DNA of 64,000 bases, taken from a virus. A program made the position numbers and the translations under genes. The notes beneath the pieces were generated by a model, which saw only the letters and a list, made by a program, of their open reading frames with translations, did no database searches and had not been told where the DNA came from. This document shows, piece after piece, positions 60,216 through 64,000 of this stretch (positions are counted from its first letter, which is position 1; every line of letters begins with the position of its first letter). The stretch is from positions 21,934-85,933 of the IMG/VR virus record IMGVR_UViG_3300028534_000018; one strand, 5' to 3'.

Positions 60216-62246
60216 CTATTCATTAGATAGTCTAATAATTTCTTTATCATTTAGTTTTCTAGTATAGAATCGTAAATTTTTTATATATCCATTAAAGTGC
60301 GTGGATTCATCCTTGTCTATACCTGCTCCAATTACAGTTTTGCTATTTACGACAGTATATGAGGAACCAGGATTGAAAGATAATGCCTCTGTTCCATTGA
60401 TGTATATAATACATTTATCAAATGTACCAAATTTTGGCGTAAACGTTATCGTAGACAATTCGCCAGGTGCAATATCAATAATATTATTTTTTTCTATTAA
60501 TACATTATTATCGTCATCCTGAAGTATACAGAATAATTTATAATTACTATCAATTCCAACTGTTACACCATTATATTTATCACCTATTTTTGCATCACCA
60601 TTACTAAACAATATTTGGTCATGATTAATTCCAGTGTCTGGAACTATTTGCATTGATATGTATTTGACATCATTATATGAACTACCAAAAAATATTCCGT
60701 TGCTAAATTCTAAATATTTACTAGTAGATGAGCTAAAATTCATTCCGTTATTATTATCAAAATGAATACTGCTTTGATCATATGCAAGTACAGTATTTTC
60801 TTTCCAGCTTGATTCGGTATTTTTCTTTAATGGATAAAAATACTTTAGTCCTATTCTTACTGGGATATCTTCGTGTCCAAAGCTGTAATCATATATTATT
60901 GATACCTCTTTTTCTGATAATTCTCTATCAAACAAAATAACATCCCATATAACGCCATCGAAATACGAACCACCAGAGTAATCATTATCATTTCCAATAT
61001 AAATACTATTCGACGAATTTTTTACATAGAATGGTGGTGAAAGAAGATCGATATATTTTCCGTTTATATATATACTTTTTTCATATCCTTCGTTTACGCT
61101 AATTACTATATTGTATGGTATATCATATTCTATATTGTAATATACAACACCTTCATCAACTTCACCATCACGTGCTGATGTGATACACACAACTTTTTCA
61201 TATTGACCCGTTGTGTCACCTCTTATAAAAAGATTGAATTGAGAATCATCTGCATTTGTTGACTTTGAAAGAATAGCAATTTCGCCAGTTCCAGATGATA
61301 CCATAAAGTTTACAGAAACTGAAAAATCAGTGGTAAGTTGCATGCTATCAGATCCTGGCATTTGAAGAAACGTGTCATTACCATTAAAATGTTTAGCAAT
61401 ATCTGGAGCATTATTTGCATACGAATCAGAGCCAGACAAAATAAGTTTATTTGATGTGATTGTGTCTAAAGTGTTGCCATTAAATTTTATATAATTTATC
61501 GGTGCCAAATCGATTATTGGGTTATTAACATAGTCAATACCATTACTAATTACACCGATTTCTTGTGTTGACAATTCTTTATTAATGATTTTAAAATTTT
61601 CTATTACACCATTCTCTGGCGATATAGATGCATAACTTATTTGATTACCATCACCATCAAGTATTTTTTTAGCTTCATCAATTCCTAACCATGAAAACAT
61701 AAAAACTGGAACATTATTTACATACAACAATATTCCATTTGATGCTGTTACTAATCCAAATACATATGAAATATTATCTTCTGTAACAAAATTGGAATAT
61801 TTTACCTCTTTGTTGCTACCGTCATCTGATGTACTATATTTTATTGCGAACTTATTTTCACTACCATATGACGGGTAAATTGATATACATTTATTATTAA
61901 AATATTTTATGGCAAGCTGGTCTCCTCCGTTTCCAGTCCATGTGAAAAATATTTGTGGTATGTTTCCATACTCTACAAAATAACTAGAGATACTTACCTC
62001 ACCACCAGATAATCCTTTTCCATATCTACCTTTTGAGAATTGTATTGTTGAATCACCAACATTAAATGGTGCACCAATCTTGTTTATTGATCCATTCAGT
62101 CTATATACCGCATCGGCACTGCCGTCACCAAGTGGATCTTCGGAGTCTAACAGTATTTTATTACGATACGTTTTATTATCAAACCCAAGAATTTTTTTTG
62201 TATATCCGAGTCCAGAGGCTCCAAGACCTATTGGTGATAAAAACAT
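60216..62246 (-). CDS. LamG/concanavalin A-like repeat tail fibre or receptor-binding protein
   Basis: About three LamG-like units (IYINGK, YFDGVIWDVILFDRELS, FNGYIKNLRFYTRKL). Confidence 0.75.
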   Translation of the reverse strand: MFLSPIGLGASGLGYTKKILGFDNKTYRNKILLDSEDPLGDGSADAVYRLNGSINKIGAPFNVGDSTIQFSKGRYGKGLSGGEVSISSYFVEYGNIPQIFFTWTGNGGDQLAIKYFNNKCISIYPSYGSENKFAIKYSTSDDGSNKEVKYSNFVTEDNISYVFGLVTASNGILLYVNNVPVFMFSWLGIDEAKKILDGDGNQISYASISPENGVIENFKIINKELSTQEIGVISNGIDYVNNPIIDLAPINYIKFNGNTLDTITSNKLILSGSDSYANNAPDIAKHFNGNDTFLQMPGSDSMQLTTDFSVSVNFMVSSGTGEIAILSKSTNADDSQFNLFIRGDTTGQYEKVVCITSARDGEVDEGVVYYNIEYDIPYNIVISVNEGYEKSIYINGKYIDLLSPPFYVKNSSNSIYIGNDNDYSGGSYFDGVIWDVILFDRELSEKEVSIIYDYSFGHEDIPVRIGLKYFYPLKKNTESSWKENTVLAYDQSSIHFDNNNGMNFSSSTSKYLEFSNGIFFGSSYNDVKYISMQIVPDTGINHDQILFSNGDAKIGDKYNGVTVGIDSNYKLFCILQDDDNNVLIEKNNIIDIAPGELSTITFTPKFGTFDKCIIYINGTEALSFNPGSSYTVVNSKTVIGAGIDKDESTHFNGYIKNLRFYTRKLNDKEIIRLSNE

Positions 62247-62247
62247 A

Positions 62248-63999
62248 TTAGTTTATCCTTCCCATTACAATTGTATTTTCATCTTCTATGAAGTATGGAA
62301 ATCTTTCTGTGCCATTTAAATCTAATGGCTCATCTTTCCATACAAACTTAGCATCCCATCCAGTAATGTGCTCTGCATTATCGACACGAATAACCCCACT
62401 TTGCCCAATACAAGCACTGGTTCCATCAGCAACAACACCAATATCAGAATCAGTAGTAAGTGTCACTTTATAATTGTTTGTAACTCTAAAGTCGAAGTTA
62501 ACAGTATCATCTGCCATCTCTGTTATTGCGGATCGTTGTGGTGCAGTAAATGTATTTGCTTCATCTTTTTTAGCATAGTCATTTAAATCAGTAGTTTTAG
62601 CATAGTCATTAAGATCAGTAGTTTTTGCATAATCGTTAAGATCTGTGGTTTTTGCATAATCGTTAAGATCTGTGGTTTTAGCATATATTGATAAATCAAC
62701 AGCTCCTACATTCCCAAATGGTCTCCACCCACTAGACGATCCAGCAGAACCAGATTCATCTCCACTGGCATCATTATTAATTGTTACTTTATTGTTAGCG
62801 ATATCGATGCTTGTTATTTTTGATCCAACAGGAACAGAGGATCCAGAAACTATATCACCGATAAGAAGTGATTCAATTCCAGCTATATTCACCAGATCGC
62901 TTGAGCCACTAACTGCATCATATGTAAAAGAAATTGAATCAACATACACATAGCCAATTGGATCATTTACTGAGTATGTTTTCATTAATACAATATCGCC
63001 ATTTGCTTCAGAGCCAGTATTTAATGGCGCAGAACCTTCTGTCCACACAACACTTTTATTATTAATTGTCCATCGTTTTCCAGCTGTTATTTTTGTTACG
63101 GTGGAACCAGAAAGACCAACCTCAACTGCCGAGGAATTTTCGTTTGTTACATTAACTAATAGTGCTGCTCCATCATTTGAGTGTGTTAATTCAAGGGCAC
63201 TTAATGACTGATCACTAACAACAAGTTCATTTTGAATAACAGTTGATAACGCAACCTCAGCATCTGGAGAGAATAGCTGTAACGATTTTCTATTGTAATT
63301 TGTTGAGTACTGATCAGCAGTAGATGATAAATTAATATGATCTCTATATATTGATTTTTCAGTACCAAAATCAAACTCAATATGATCATGCATAATTTCA
63401 GCAGTATCAGAACCACTAAACAAGAATACTCCAGATGAATCTACAGTATTTATAACTGATCCGTTTTCAAAATGTAGACTTCCAGCACCAAGTTCAGAGT
63501 AGATACTTGTTCCATTTTCACTAATTCGAAAATATGAATTTGTATATTTTGATGTCATATTTCCATCAGAATATTCTGTAAAATCTCTATTGATATTTAA
63601 TTGAGTATCTCCAGATACAGTACTCGTTATATTTATTGATGTTGCGTTTAGTTCATTCTTGTAGTTTCCAGACTCATATTTTCCATAATTTTGGTTTGTA
63701 TAGTATATGCTGGAATTAGATTGATCATCTATTTTGACTGAATTTTTTGTAATAGTTGACTTTATATTCGCACTTGGTTCTTCTACAACAATATATTCTT
63801 TTGTGATTCTTACGTTATTTCCATTACCAAAGATTCCAAAGCTACCACTATCTGCAACCATGCTATCAAGTCCACTACTCATAGAGAATGATGAATTTGT
63901 CATTGTTATGCCATCGTCAATACCATCCATTATTTTTAAATAGTTATATGACAATGTAGATGATAGATTGTTGTTTATAAAATTTATATACTTATCTGC
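62248..63999 (-). CDS. Tail fibre protein, 5'-truncated by the window edge
   Basis: Frame open to the window end; Ser/Thr/Asn beta-rich; ANTFTAPQ motif; DYAKTTDLN repeats. Confidence 0.7.
   Translation of the reverse strand, partial: ADKYINFINNNLSSTLSYNYLKIMDGIDDGITMTNSSFSMSSGLDSMVADSGSFGIFGNGNNVRITKEYIVVEEPSANIKSTITKNSVKIDDQSNSSIYYTNQNYGKYESGNYKNELNATSINITSTVSGDTQLNINRDFTEYSDGNMTSKYTNSYFRISENGTSIYSELGAGSLHFENGSVINTVDSSGVFLFSGSDTAEIMHDHIEFDFGTEKSIYRDHINLSSTADQYSTNYNRKSLQLFSPDAEVALSTVIQNELVVSDQSLSALELTHSNDGAALLVNVTNENSSAVEVGLSGSTVTKITAGKRWTINNKSVVWTEGSAPLNTGSEANGDIVLMKTYSVNDPIGYVYVDSISFTYDAVSGSSDLVNIAGIESLLIGDIVSGSSVPVGSKITSIDIANNKVTINNDASGDESGSAGSSSGWRPFGNVGAVDLSIYAKTTDLNDYAKTTDLNDYAKTTDLNDYAKTTDLNDYAKKDEANTFTAPQRSAITEMADDTVNFDFRVTNNYKVTLTTDSDIGVVADGTSACIGQSGVIRVDNAEHITGWDAKFVWKDEPLDLNGTERFPYFIEDENTIVMGRIN
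62570..62685 (-). repeat. 27-bp tandem repeats encoding (DYAKTTDLN) x about 4
   Basis: Direct repeats visible at both DNA and protein level. Confidence 0.85.
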
Positions 64000-64000
64000 A

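Overview
The whole window is part of an AT-rich (about 30% GC by eye) N4-like podophage genome (Schitoviridae-type). The host is probably Campylobacterota (Sulfurovum/Sulfurimonas-like), inferred from a phage-borne porin. The + strand (1-19848) carries early and replication genes: a porin, four RepL-like genes each with its own operator, a primase/helicase, Tmk, an RNA ligase, a Sak4-like ATPase split by a group I intron, SSB, a RusA-like resolvase, an SF1 helicase, a Stealth-like protein and a MazG-like protein. The - strand (19870-64000) carries the virion module: tail fibres, spanins, portal, major capsid protein, ejection proteins and a virion RNA polymerase locus. Most notable: (1) the octamer GGAACCAG/CTGGTTCC occurs about 80 times by manual count, on both strands and in all six reading frames, where fewer than one copy is expected by chance; (2) the N4-type vRNAP appears split into two genes with a 3840-aa multi-enzyme protein between them, and the three proteins appear Cys-free except for single Cys residues at their adjoining ends; (3) an ORF-less group I intron sits in the Sak4-like gene; (4) an array of RepL-like promoter/operator modules is flanked by long hairpins. 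All family assignments come from reading motifs by eye; no database search was run.
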